A DNA stretch of 64,000 nt from an uncultured Gammaproteobacteria bacterium (GCA_963797555.1 CAWCPV010000009.1:256001-320000), one strand, 5' to 3'; counted from the stretch's first letter, positions 1 to 11,115 are shown. Translations and numbers: made by a program. Notes: generated by a model not told the origin, from the letters alone.

Positions 1-1
1 A

Positions 2-2041
2 GCGATTGTCGCGCCCATCCTGCGTTCCATCGGCGCCCTCGTCTATCTTGTAGACATTTTGGCGGACGGGACCTTTCGCTATTTCGCGCACAACTTGGCC
101 TCCGAGGCAGACCTCGGCATTCCTCTAAGCGGTCCGATAGAGGGCCATCGCCCGGAGGAGGTCCTCAGTGCCGATCACGCCGCTCAACTGAATCACCACT
201 ACCGCCAGTGCGTATCCACGCGCCGCAACGTCGAGTTCGAGGGCGTGAGGGATACTCCCAAGGGATGCCGCTGGGCCAATCATTTTCTTTCGCCGATCTT
301 CGATCTCAACGGGAACGTGGTGCGCATCCTCGGCACTGTGATCGAGATCACGGAGCGCCGACGTGCCCAGCAGGCCTTGGCCGAAAGCGAGGCCAGGCTC
401 CGGGCACTCTACGACGATAATCCAGCCAATCTCCTGACTCTCGATTTTGACGGGCGCATCCTCTCGGTTAACAAGTTCGGCGCTGTGCACGTCGGCTTCG
501 AACCAGAACAGATGCTCGGCCGCTCCTGCCTTGAGTTCATGCATCCCGAGGATCGACACGTGGCAGAGAGTGTCCTCAAGCAGATCGAAACAGAGCCCCA
601 AGCGTTGCACCAGGCGGAATTTCGCGCGTTGCACCACAACGGGACACTTCTATGGTTTAGCTACTGCGCCCGCGTCACCACGGACAGCACCGGACGCAAA
701 GTGATTTTAGTTGTCGCTGAAGACACGACTCATGCCCATGCTCTGCGCGATGAGTCCGAACACCAGGCCAGTCATGACTGGCTGACAGGGTTGCTCAACC
801 GCCGTGCCTTCGAGCAGCATCTAGAGAAAGTGATCACCGCAATGGCGACTAATGGCACGGAGCATGTGCTGTGCTATCTCGACCTTGATCGCTTCCGGCT
901 CCTCAACGACGCCTGCGGCCACCTCGCTGGGGATGAGCTGCTGCGCCAATTGGGCGCCATGCTGCGTGCGATGATGCGCCCTAATGATACCCTGGCACGG
1001 CTTGGCGGTGATGAGTTTGGGCTGCTTTTAGAGAACTGCGGGTTAGCCAAGGCCGAGCCTGTCGCCAATGAGATCTGCCTTGCCATCGAGGCGTTCGAGT
1101 TCAATTGGACGGAACAGCACTTTCATCTCGGCGCGAGCATTGGATTGGTGGCTATTACCCCTGACGCCGGAGGCGTCACCGAGTTACTCGCGGCGGCCGA
1201 TACCGCCTGCTACGTGGCCAAGGAAAAGGGCCGCCAGCGCGTGCACATCTACCGGCCGGATGACGTGGAACTGCCTCGGTACCGGCAAGCGATGCGGTGG
1301 TTCAACCGCGTCAAGCAGGCCATGGCTGAAAAGCGGCTGCGCCTGTATGCCCAGCAGATCCAGGCGAGTGTCGACACCGGTGAGGGTGAATGCTTAGAAC
1401 TGCTGCTGCGCCTCGAGGAGGAGGACGGAACGCTCATCTCAGCCGGCGTGTTTCTGCCCGCGGTCGAGCGCTACGGCCTGGCAACCAGTCTCGACCGCTG
1501 GGTAGTGACGCACGCCTTTCACTGGGCTGCGGGACAGGCCAGTCGGGCAAAACGGCTTTCCTTGTGCGCCATCAACGTCTCGGGCAGCTCGCTTGGCGAC
1601 GAGATGTTTCTATCGTTTGTGCTTGACGAGTTCGACCGCACGGGGGCGCCCGCCGAGCGCATCGCCTTTGAGATCACAGAGACGGCCGCGATCAAGGACA
1701 TGCCCTGCGCGCGACGCTTCATCGAAGCCCTCAAGGCACGTGGCTGCCGCTTCGCCCTTGACGACTTTGGGGCAGGACTGTCCTCTTTCAGCTACCTCAA
1801 GATGCTGCCGGTCGACTTGGTGAAGATCGACGGATCGTTCATCCGCAACCTCAATAACGACCCGGTTAACATCACGCTCGTCAGGGCCATCGTCGAAATC
1901 AGTCGGGTCATGGGGAAGAAAACCGTGGCGGAGTCGGTGGAAACGGCCGGGGTAGCGGACACGCTTCGGGAACTCGGTGTCGATTATCTGCAGGGTTTCG
2001 GCATCGGACTGCCCAAGCTTCTCATAGCCGCGCTTGGGTGA
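2..2041 (+). CDS. PAS-PAS-GGDEF-EAL diguanylate cyclase/phosphodiesterase (5' end outside window)
   Basis: Frame is open from the window start. PAS/PAC motifs, HDWLTGLLNRR, intact GGDEF, ELLLRL and DDFGAGLSS EAL motifs. Confidence 0.93.
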   Translation, partial: AIVAPILRSIGALVYLVDILADGTFRYFAHNLASEADLGIPLSGPIEGHRPEEVLSADHAAQLNHHYRQCVSTRRNVEFEGVRDTPKGCRWANHFLSPIFDLNGNVVRILGTVIEITERRRAQQALAESEARLRALYDDNPANLLTLDFDGRILSVNKFGAVHVGFEPEQMLGRSCLEFMHPEDRHVAESVLKQIETEPQALHQAEFRALHHNGTLLWFSYCARVTTDSTGRKVILVVAEDTTHAHALRDESEHQASHDWLTGLLNRRAFEQHLEKVITAMATNGTEHVLCYLDLDRFRLLNDACGHLAGDELLRQLGAMLRAMMRPNDTLARLGGDEFGLLLENCGLAKAEPVANEICLAIEAFEFNWTEQHFHLGASIGLVAITPDAGGVTELLAAADTACYVAKEKGRQRVHIYRPDDVELPRYRQAMRWFNRVKQAMAEKRLRLYAQQIQASVDTGEGECLELLLRLEEEDGTLISAGVFLPAVERYGLATSLDRWVVTHAFHWAAGQASRAKRLSLCAINVSGSSLGDEMFLSFVLDEFDRTGAPAERIAFEITETAAIKDMPCARRFIEALKARGCRFALDDFGAGLSSFSYLKMLPVDLVKIDGSFIRNLNNDPVNITLVRAIVEISRVMGKKTVAESVETAGVADTLRELGVDYLQGFGIGLPKLLIAALG

Positions 2042-2057
2042 CAGCGAGACTAGTTGA

Positions 2058-2363
2058 ATGTCAGCGCGTTTGCTGGGTGTCTTGATTCTCTTTCCGGCGC
2101 TCGCCGCCACGGCGGACGGCGGACCACTGCGCAGGCTGGACGCTCACCTGCTGCGGGATCTGGCAGCACGTTACGAGCACGCGGAGGGGGTGCCCCGCGA
2201 CTATCAGCGGGCCTACCGTCTTTACTGTCTAGCCGCGACTCAAGGCGATGCCAAGGCGCAGTATAGCCTCGGCTGGATGTATATCAACGGCCCTGTCTGC
2301 GGTCTAGAGTTCCGCTCCGTCTCTCCTGCCCGGTGCGCTCGGGCGCTCCTCAGGCCCGGATGA
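2058..2363 (+). pseudogene. Exported Sel1-repeat protein, apparently truncated
   Basis: Signal peptide, one full Sel1 repeat (LAARYEHAEGVPRDYQRAYRLYCLAATQG) and the start of a second (DAKAQYSLGWMYING). Similarity stops abruptly at ~2291. Confidence 0.6.
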
Positions 2364-2394
2364 GCCTGCGTCTCAGAAAAGGCTGGGGCTGACC

Positions 2395-5300
2395 GTGTCC
2401 TCCTCCGCCGACGAAGTGCATCGGTTGGGCGCGACGCCCGACCAGCGCTCGCGTGGTCACGACGAGGTGATTCGCGCCGAGCAGATCCGGCTGCTGCTGC
2501 GCCAAGTCCCGTTTGCCCTCAGCGCCAACTCCATCAATGCCGTCATCCTCGTCGCGGTGATGTGGGGCCAGATTCCGCGGGCCCCGCTGCTCGCCTGGCT
2601 AGCGCTCATGCTGCTCCTTACCCTCGCGCGTTACCGCCTGATGCGAGCTTACTACCGGGCACAGCCCGCGCCGTCCGAGGCGACCCGCTGGGGGGCCTGG
2701 TTCGTGCTCGGCGCGGGCCTCTCCGGGCTCACCTGGGGCGCGGCCGGCGCCCTTTTCTTCACCGGGCAAAGCTATGCCCACCAGGCATTCCTGGCATTCC
2801 TCCTCGCCGGCATGTCCGCGGGCGGTCTGTCCACGCTATCGTCGTACCCCGGCACTTACCCAGCCTTCCTGCTGCTCGCCCTGTTTCCCTATACGGCACG
2901 GGTTCTCACCCAAGGGGGTGCCCTCTATACCACCATGGGGCTGATGCTGGTCCTGTTCGCTGCCTTGATGCTGGCGATCTCGCACCGACTCTACCTCACC
3001 GTGCGCGAGTCGCTCGATCTCCGTTTCGAGAACGTGGACTTGCTGACCGACCTCGCGCGGGCCAAGGAGCGGCAGGAGGTCATTAACCGAGATCTCGCGG
3101 CGGAGGGGATAGAACGCCAGCGCGCCGAGGAGGCGGTGCGCCGCTCGGAGCAGAGGCTCGTGTTGCACGTGCAGAAGACGCCCTTTGCCGTCATCGAGTG
3201 GGACCTCGATTTCCAGGTGGTGGCGTGGAATCCGGCCGCCGAGCGCATCTTCGGCTACCCGGCCAGCGAGGCGCGTGGGCGGCGCGCTGTAGATCTCATT
3301 GTCCCCGAAGACACGCGGGAAAGCCCGGGTGCGCCGTGGGACGACGTTCTCTCCGGCCGCGATACAACGCGTCATGTGACTCACAATGTCACCAAGGAGG
3401 GGAGAAGGATCGTCTGCGAGTGGTACAACACGCGCCTGGTGGATGATCAGGGTGAGATGATCGGCGTGGCCTCGCTCGCCCAGGACATCACCGACCGCAC
3501 TCATACCGAGGCTGCACTCCAGGATCGGGAAGCCTTGGTTCAGGCGGCCATCGACTCGCTGCCGGCGAGCATCGCTGTGCTCGACCGGGCCGGTGCGGTC
3601 ATCCGCGTCAACGATGCCTGGCAACGCTGTGCGGATAGGGACGAAGACCCGCTGTTGCACAGAGTCCGGGTGGGAACGGATTACCTGTCTGTATGCCGGC
3701 GCGCCGCGGTCCGGGACAGGACGGCGAAGCAGGCGCTGGACGCCGTCGAGGCGGTGCTGCACGGGGCGGGTACCGAGCTTACCGTCGAATATCCACGGCC
3801 GGGACACGCCGACCCGCAGTGGTTCATGGCATCGGTGAGTCCTCTCAAGAGCGCGCGCGGCGGTGCTGTCATCGCTCATCTCAACATCACTCAGCGCAAG
3901 CAGGCGGAGGAGCGGCTGCTACTCGCCGCCGTGTTCGAGAATACCAACGAGGCCATCCTGCTGCTCGATGCCCGTGGACGGATCGTGGCGGTCAACCGGG
4001 CATTCACGGGCATCACGGGCTACTCCCAGGACGAAGTGCTGCTGAAATCGCCTGGCATACTCGTCTCGGATCGGCGCAGCCGGGCCTTTTACAGGCAGAT
4101 GTGGAGATCGCTCAGGATCGCGGGCCAATGGCAGGGCGAGATCTGGGGGCGGCGCAAGGATGGCGAGTCCTACGCGGTTTGGCTGGGGGCCAACGCGGTG
4201 AGGGACGATGCCCGCGCCATCAGCAATTACGTGGTGGTCTTCTCCGACATCACGCGGCTCAAGCAGGCGGAAGAGCACCTTTACCAGCTCGCATACAGGG
4301 ACACGCTGACGGGCCTGCCCAACCGGGTGCTGTTTCGCGAGCGTCTGCAGCATGTGCTACTGCAAGCGGCCCGCTCCGGGTCGCGGGTGGCGCTGATGTT
4401 TCTCGACCTCGACCGTTTCAAGTTAATCAACGATACACTCGGGCACGACCTGGGCGACCGCCTGCTGAAGCAGGTCGCCGCGCGGCTTGTTGCGTCCGTT
4501 CGCGAGAGCGACACGGTGGCAAGGCTGGGTGGTGACGAATTTACCGTGATCCTCGAGCAGATAGAGCAGGGTCTGGATACGGCGGTGGTCGCGCAAAAGG
4601 TCGTGCGCGACTTGTCACGCCCGTACGACGTGGAAGGGCATGAGATTTACGCTAGCGTCAGCATCGGGATCAGCGTCTTCCCGGAGGATGCAGACGCCGC
4701 GCCGGTGCTGCTCAAGAATGCCGACACGGCGATGTACCGCGCCAAGGACCACGGCAGGGCCCGCTATGAGTTCTACAGCGCAAAAATGGACGCTTACTCG
4801 CGTGACCGTCTGTGGCTGGATGCGAACCTGCGCAAAGCACTGGAACACCGCGAGCTGGAGCTGCGCTACCAACCGCTCGTGAGCATCGCGCATGACGTGC
4901 CTACCAAGGTCGAGGCACTGCTGCGCTGGCACCATGCCGAGCGCGGATGGATTGCGCCCGCCGAGTTCATCCCTCTCGCCGAGGATACCGGCCTCATCAC
5001 CCCCATTAGCAAGTGGGTACTGCGTGAGGCTTGCGAAAAAAGCGCCGCATGGCGCGCCGCGGGGATGAGGGCGCTGGTGCTGGCCGTCAACCTTTCGGCG
5101 CGCCAGCTCAGGCAACGGAGCCTGGTGGCCTGGGTAAAGCAGGTGCTCGAGGATACCGGTCTGGACCCGTCGCGTCTGGAGCTGGAGCTGACGGAGAGCC
5201 AGTTGATGCAGAATACTGAGGGGGCGATCGCCGTCTTGGATGAGCTGAAGGCGTTAGGGGTGCGGATAGCGATCGATGACTTCGGTACCGGATACTCTTC

Positions 5301-5646
5301 GTTGAGCTGCCTGAGGCGCTTTCCGGTCGATGTGGTGAAGATCGACCGCTCTTTTATCGCGAATATCACAAGCGATCCGGAGGACGCGGCGATCGCACGG
5401 GCGGTCATCGCGATGGCGCACACCTTGAGACTCGAGGTGGTCGCCGAGGGTGTGGAGACCGCGGAACAGCTCGCACTGCTACGCGATTGGCAATGCGATA
5501 CAGCTCAGGGTTACTATTTCAGCGCCCCCGTGACTAGCGATGATATGGCTCGGCTCCTCACCCGTGGCGACTGGCAACCACAGCGGGCAGTCGTCGTCAG
5601 CGATGACGATCGTGGGAAGCGCTGCCCGGCGCGCGAGCTGGACTGA
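2395..5646 (+). CDS. Membrane-anchored multi-PAS GGDEF-EAL protein
   Basis: N-terminal TM helices, three PAS/PAC units, DTLTGLPNR, GGDEF, EALLRW, DDFGTGYSSL. Confidence 0.95.
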   Translation: MSSSADEVHRLGATPDQRSRGHDEVIRAEQIRLLLRQVPFALSANSINAVILVAVMWGQIPRAPLLAWLALMLLLTLARYRLMRAYYRAQPAPSEATRWGAWFVLGAGLSGLTWGAAGALFFTGQSYAHQAFLAFLLAGMSAGGLSTLSSYPGTYPAFLLLALFPYTARVLTQGGALYTTMGLMLVLFAALMLAISHRLYLTVRESLDLRFENVDLLTDLARAKERQEVINRDLAAEGIERQRAEEAVRRSEQRLVLHVQKTPFAVIEWDLDFQVVAWNPAAERIFGYPASEARGRRAVDLIVPEDTRESPGAPWDDVLSGRDTTRHVTHNVTKEGRRIVCEWYNTRLVDDQGEMIGVASLAQDITDRTHTEAALQDREALVQAAIDSLPASIAVLDRAGAVIRVNDAWQRCADRDEDPLLHRVRVGTDYLSVCRRAAVRDRTAKQALDAVEAVLHGAGTELTVEYPRPGHADPQWFMASVSPLKSARGGAVIAHLNITQRKQAEERLLLAAVFENTNEAILLLDARGRIVAVNRAFTGITGYSQDEVLLKSPGILVSDRRSRAFYRQMWRSLRIAGQWQGEIWGRRKDGESYAVWLGANAVRDDARAISNYVVVFSDITRLKQAEEHLYQLAYRDTLTGLPNRVLFRERLQHVLLQAARSGSRVALMFLDLDRFKLINDTLGHDLGDRLLKQVAARLVASVRESDTVARLGGDEFTVILEQIEQGLDTAVVAQKVVRDLSRPYDVEGHEIYASVSIGISVFPEDADAAPVLLKNADTAMYRAKDHGRARYEFYSAKMDAYSRDRLWLDANLRKALEHRELELRYQPLVSIAHDVPTKVEALLRWHHAERGWIAPAEFIPLAEDTGLITPISKWVLREACEKSAAWRAAGMRALVLAVNLSARQLRQRSLVAWVKQVLEDTGLDPSRLELELTESQLMQNTEGAIAVLDELKALGVRIAIDDFGTGYSSLSCLRRFPVDVVKIDRSFIANITSDPEDAAIARAVIAMAHTLRLEVVAEGVETAEQLALLRDWQCDTAQGYYFSAPVTSDDMARLLTRGDWQPQRAVVVSDDDRGKRCPARELD

Positions 5647-6677
5647 AGCCGGCCGAGCACCCTTCAAATGGCGCGTCGAGGTACGGCGGTGAGAAGCTGC
5701 TGAACCGCACGCGCGGATCACCGCCCCGGCTCTACAGTGAAGGAAGAACAGTCCTGTGGTGCAGGGCGAGGGGACAGGCCGGGAGGGCGGGTTTGGGCGC
5801 TCGGGCAGCCTCTTGGGGACAGCCTCGGCGGCGACGCGGAGTGGGGGCGTCTCTTGTAGAGCCCAGCGCGTGCGCTACCGTACCAGCCGGCGGAGGGGCG
5901 CGGCTGTGGATACTATATCCGGTCACCGTCTGGTCAAGCTGCGGCTGAGCTTCTGTCGGGTCGAAGGCGGGGGTTCGTCGGCCTCCCCTACTCTTAGGGG
6001 CCGCACGGGCTATCTTCGTTAAGCAGGCCTGGACGCTTTTTTTGCGTTCCGCGGGATGCACGCATGTGTATGTCCACTCTGCGTCAGATTGCTGCCGACG
6101 CCGTCTCGGACTCGAATGGCCGTTGTGGGTCGGAACCAGACGGTCAGCAGCATCCGACTGCATCCTCGATCGCCCGACCCCAATCACCCATTGAGGGCGC
6201 ACAGGATGGCGGCTGCTCCCCTCCGATCGGTTCGAGCTTCCCCGCGAGGTACAGGGCGAGGCGAGCGAAGGGGGCGGGCGTGTCTGATACGTTCAAACAC
6301 TGGGGCGGTACAACTTGAATCTTGTTCGGTTTTCAGTCGGTCGGCAACGCGCACTCGGTGAACCGTTCATCGCCCAGGAACGTATGCGACGGGTGTCCCA
6401 CGAAGGCACGGTTTGCGTCGGCGGGAGCGTGTTCCACTTGCATGCTGCCGGCGTAATAATGGGATTGGCGATGGCGCCCGCCTGGCCGGCCCATCCGGAG
6501 TGGCTAGCGAAGTTCCTCCAGGTTCCGGGCACCCGCATCGATCCCTAGAGTCTGTCTCGGCGCGTGGGCGTGAGCGAGATCGCGTGGCTGAGAGCTGGCT
6601 CCGGAAATCTGTACGGCGGGATAAGTGGTAGGGGATGAACCGCTTTATCATGGCGATGCTATTGAGAGGAGCGGCAA

Positions 6678-6974
6678 ATGAGTGGCAAGAGGCGCAATCA
6701 TGGAGCGGGATTCAAGGCAAGGGTGGCACTGGCGGCGATCAAGGGCGACAAGACCTTGGCGGAGTTATCGGCGCAGTTTCAGGTTCATCAGAGTCAGATC
6801 CTGGCGTGGAAGCAGCAGTTGCAGAGCCGCGCTGACGAGGTGTTCGAGCGGGAACGCAAGTCCGAATCGGGGCCGTCGGTGAAGGACATGCAGGCGAAGA
6901 TCGGGCAGCTGACGCTGGAGAACGATTTTTTGTCCGTCGCGCTCGGTCGCATCGGCGATGCGACAAAGCGATGA
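6678..6974 (+). CDS. IS3 transposase OrfA (HTH)
   Basis: RRNHGAGFKARVALAAIKGDKTLAELSAQFQVH...KIGQLTLENDFL. ATGA overlap with orfB. Confidence 0.92.
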   Translation: MSGKRRNHGAGFKARVALAAIKGDKTLAELSAQFQVHQSQILAWKQQLQSRADEVFERERKSESGPSVKDMQAKIGQLTLENDFLSVALGRIGDATKR

Positions 6975-7800
6975 TCGACAAGGTGGCCGAATTGCCGCTG
7001 ACGCGGCAGTGCCAGCTCCTGGGGCTCTCGCGCTCATCCCAGTACTACCGGGCGGTGGCGGTGTCGGCGCGGGATCTGGCGCTGATGCGGGCAATCGACG
7101 AGCTGCACCTAAAGCACCCGTTCTATGGCAGCCGGCGCATGCGCGGGGCGTTGCGCGACGAGGGCTTCGAGGTCGGCCGGCGCCACGTCCAGACATTGAG
7201 GGACAAGATGGGAATCGAGGCGTTGTACCGCAAGCCGCGGCTCTCGGATGCGCACCCCGGCCACAAGGTATGGCCTTACTTGGCTAGCGTGATGTAGTGG
7301 TCACCCGACCCAACCAGGTCTGGGCTACGGACATCACGTACATTCCCCTGGCCAAGGGCTTTGCCTATCTGGTGGCGATCATCGATTGGTGCTCGCGCCG
7401 GGTGCTGGCCTGGCGGCTTTCCAACTGCATGGACACCTCCTTCTGTATGGAGGCGCTGGAAGAGGCGCTCATGCTCCACGGACGCCCCGAGATCTTCAAT
7501 ACCGACCAGGGCAGCCAGTTCACCGACAAGGATTTCACGAGCGCGCTCCTGGCTCATGACATCCGCATCAGTATGGACGGACGCGGGCGCTGGATAGATA
7601 ACGTTTTTGTCGAGAGGCTGTGGCGCAGCGTGAAGTACGAAGAAGTGTATCTGAAGGCGTACGAGTCGATCCTGGACGCCAAGCGCCAACTCGGCCGGTA
7701 CTTCACTTTCTACAATCAACGACGCCGGCATCAAGGGCTAGGAGACCAGACACCGGACGCCGTGTATTATGGGCAGCAAGACGAAAAGCTCGCAGCCTGA
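6971..7800 (+). CDS. IS3 transposase OrfB (DDE/rve), frameshifted near 7283-7290
   Basis: PFYGSRRM, PNQVWATDITYI, FNTDQGSQF, DNVFVERLWRSVKYE. Removing two extra G bases restores YLLRDVVVTRPNQ. Confidence 0.9.
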
Positions 7801-7932
7801 ACGCGAGTTACCCACCGGGCCGCTCGCCTCCCGCCTGAGAAGGGCGGGCGGCGGCCCCGTGGATAACTCTGCACCCGCGGTTCACCATCTACAAAATCGA
7901 TTCCTCTGTTCAGAGAATCGGAGCCACATCAC

Positions 7933-8653
7933 CTCGCGGGGTTCGTCGACTCGGTGGTGGGCGGAGGGGGGCTGATACAGATACCGGCGCTGTTCATCCT
8001 GCTGCCGAACGCACCCCCGGCCGCGCTGTTCGGCACTAACAAGCTCTCCTCCATCGCTGGCACCGCCATCGCGGTCACGCAGTATGCGCGCCACGTGCCT
8101 ATTCAGTGGCGCGCGACGCTGCCTACCGCGCTGGTCGCACGGGTCTTTCCTGGGCGCACAGGTGGTAAGCTCGATTCAGCGCGCGATCCTGCGCCCCTTG
8201 ATCCTGAGCCTGCTCGTCCTGGTCGCTGTCTACACCTTCATCCGCAAGGACTTCGGCGCCCTGCATGCCCCCAGGCTCACGCGCGGGGCGCAGCTCCTCG
8301 CCGGCATCGCGACCGGAGCGGCGCTCGGTTTCTATGACGGCTTTTTCGGTCCCGGCACCGGCAGCTTTCTCATCTTCGTGTTCGTGGGCGTGTTCGGGTA
8401 CAGCTTCCTCGCCGCCTCCACCTCGTCCAAGGTCGTGAACTGCGCGACCAACCTCTCTGCGCTGCTCTACTTTGCCGCCACTCATCACGTCATCTACGCC
8501 GCCGGCCTGCCCATGGCCGCATTCAACGTCCTGGGCGCACTCGCCGGTACCCGGCTCGCGATCCTGAGAGGCAGCCGCTTCGTGCGCGGGGTGTTCCTGC
8601 TGGTGGTGTGCGCCACCATAGTCAAATTCGCACGCGACAGCTTCGCGCCCTGA
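7933..8653 (+). pseudogene. TSUP/TauE-SafE (YfcA-like) transporter, 5'-truncated by IS3 and frameshifted near 8140
   Basis: LAGFVDSVVGGGGLIQIPAL begins directly at the IS end. GFYDGFFGPGTGSFL motif lies in the second frame. Confidence 0.88.
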
Positions 8654-8991
8654 ATCTGTCTCTCCCGACCCGAGCCATTCCCTCGCGCCTTCGCACCGGG
8701 GCTATGTTTCTGGATCTGCCGGTGGCTGATGCTGCAATACACTCGCCCAATAGATGACGATGGCGGGCAGGCTCGCCACAGCCAGGCTGCCGGTCAACTC
8801 GTGGGATGGCGGGTCGGCCGTAGGCGCCACCTTTCTGGCGAATGTCGTGCCGGACGCGAGTGGCGGTCGTGGGTCGGAAGCGGTTATCGAAAGAAGAGAG
8901 AGGGAAGCGGGGTTGCCGGGGTTTCTCTGCGCCGCCTCCCATATCCCGCGCATCCGGGTCTGGACCAGGCGGGGTAGAAAGCAGGCGGCCT

Positions 8992-9215
8992 TCAGTGTGA
9001 GCGCGCATGGTGTCTCCAGTCCCACGGCGCCACTCTCTGCGCCTCCGGCAACGCCCACAGTCCCCTGCGGGCCTCCCTGGCGTCGTTCTCCAGCCGGTAC
9101 AGCTCGGGGTCGTGGCAGTACCGCACATACACCCAGGCAGCGCCTTCCCGGACCATCTCGGCGTTCACGTCCAGATCCCTGTAACGGATACGCCCGAGCA
9201 GCCGGCCGTAGCGGT
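8992..9215 (-). pseudogene. Thermonuclease (SNase-like) C-terminal fragment
   Basis: RYGRLLG...DVNAEMVREGAAWVY...ENDAREARRGLWA...PWDWR. N-terminal half is absent. Confidence 0.85.
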
Positions 9216-10934
9216 GACCGGGCACGACTGGTTCCGCAGCGCAGCTTGCTTGAGGATGGCGTTGCCCTTGGCAGGCTCATGCGCGGCGCGGACGAGGGGG
9301 ATGACGAGAGCGCGGAGGACGACCGGGATGAGCTGCTCGGTGCCGGTGATTACTACGGCGGGAAATGGGGCCTCTACGTCCGCGCCCCCGACCTCTGGTT
9401 CGAGTTGCTCGACCACTATGGGAAGCGGTTCGCTCCGCTTGGCACGCTGGCGGAAATTCGTTTTGGCGTGAAGTCGGGAAAGGATGAATTCTTTTACCCT
9501 CGCGACTGCTCGCAAGATTGCCTGACCGAGTTGACCGAGCCTACCGCATTCGAGCACGACTACGGTGTTCCCCGAGTGCTCGTGCAGTCAGGAAAGGTGA
9601 GGCTGGTCCGTTGCGGCGAGAAGTACGGCGAGATTCGGCCCATCGAAGGCGAATACCTTGAGCCCGAGGTCCACAGCCTCATGGAGGTGAAGGGCTACAC
9701 CGTTGGCCCCGAGGATTGCAGCCGCCTCATCCTGCTTGTGGGCGAACCAAAGGCCAACCTCAAGAGTACCTATGTACTCAGGTACATCGAGTGGGGCGAG
9801 TCCAAGGGATGGCACAAAGGCGCAACCTGCGCGGCGCGCGTGACCGAGGATCGCAAGTGGTATGACCTTACGGGTCATGCCCGCGGGGCGCTGTTCTGGC
9901 CAAAGTCCCAGCAATACAAGCACGCCGTGCCATCCAATGACGAAGACTTGCAAGCCAACTGCAATCTGTACGATATCACTCCGCGTGACGGCATTGACCC
10001 GAGTACGCTTGCGGGAATTCTCAATTCAACATGGGCTGTGCTCGCCAAGTTCCAATACGGCCGCCCGGTGGGCAACGAGGGGAACCTGAAGACCGAGGTC
10101 GTTGACGTAGCGATGATGCCGGTCCCCGATCCGCGCGGAAGAGCGCCTAGCATTTTGAACAAGGTAGCCAGCGCATTCAAGGCGTTGAAAAACCGAGAGG
10201 TCCAGCAGTTTCTGTCCGAACGCCGCATGCGCCGTATGGCCCTCACCAAGGCTGGACGCGAAGCGGAACTGCCGCAGCTATCTGACGTGTGCGAGCTGGA
10301 CATGCAGGATCGGCGCAACCTCGACGATGCGGTCCTGGAACTGCTCGGGGTCAAGGACCGGCAGGAGCGCGACACGCTCACCGACCACCTGTATGCCTAC
10401 CTGCGCGAGTTCTTTGAGCAGGTGCGTCAGAAGGAGGAAAAGGCGATTGACAACAAGAACAAGTCCAAGCGGAAGTTCGCGCTCTCGCAAGCAGAGATCG
10501 CCGCCCAAGTGTATGCCGAGATCAAGGACAAGCACGGGCACCTGCTGCTCCCATATGGCGACTTCGTGGACCTCAGTCGGCCCTTCAGTACCTTCGACCT
10601 TCCGGCGGATGGGGCGGCCGAACTGCATCATGACATGTTCGCCGCGGAGGGCAGCGTTCGCTTCATGAAACGCCGCAAGCAGCTTGCCATCGTATCGACC
10701 AAGACGCCGGAGCAGGCCGAACTCATCAACCTCGCTGCGGCGCACGGGGTGCGCGGGCTCATCCGCGTACCGCTGGACCCAAAGGAATGCCGAGTGCTTA
10801 AGCAACGGTATGAGGCATTGTTGGAGGATCGCGTTCAGCACATTCGCAAACTCATCGCCGAACGAACGGCCGATGCAGACCTTCAGGAGAGCATTTTCAA
10901 GGCTACCAACGATCTCGTTCTGCACCGGGGGTAA
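9216..10934 (+). pseudogene. C-terminal part (target-recognition region) of a type IIG-like restriction-modification / N6 DNA methylase protein
   Basis: GGKWGLYVRAP, LAEIRFGVKSGKDEFFY, YVLRYIEWGE, RKWYDL, LAGILNST, LDDAVLELLG are typical of IIG C-termini. No NPPY or SAM-binding motif present and no credible start. Confidence 0.7.
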
Positions 10935-11115
10935 CGCCGGGTAACGCATGTCCGACGTAAGCGGCTACCTCAAGTCGCCCAGCCGGCTTGGTTCTACAAA
11001 GCGCACCCCGGTGAGCGATGAGCGCTTGCATGAGCCAGGCGACGTTGGTGGGGTCTCAGGGGTCATCGTCGGTTCCTCTCTGTGCGACCGTGTGTTCCTC
11101 GCCAGGTCCAGCGCT

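Larger units (their letters stand above)
6591..7931 (+). mobile_element. IS3-family insertion sequence
   Basis: Imperfect IRs AGAGCTGGCTCCGGAAATCTGTAC (6591) and TGATGTGGCTCCGATTCTCTGAAC (rc, ends 7931) enclose orfA/orfB. No target duplication seen. Confidence 0.88.

Noticed and set aside
6329-6338. TTTTCAGTC match to tRNA-Phe as the second att site
   Set aside because: Only 9 bp, not the tRNA 3' end, and no arm-type repeats nearby.
7858-7866. DnaA-box-like TTATCCACG in the IS3 tail
   Set aside because: Single mismatched box with no origin context.
8754-9215. N-terminal ~155 aa of the 726-aa ORF
   Set aside because: Low-complexity read-through of non-coding DNA and the antisense of the SNase fragment. 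Protein-like sequence starts only at ~9216.
10929-10970. GGGTAACGC duplication and GTAAGCGG as another IS66 end
   Set aside because: No partner IR, TSD or transposase.
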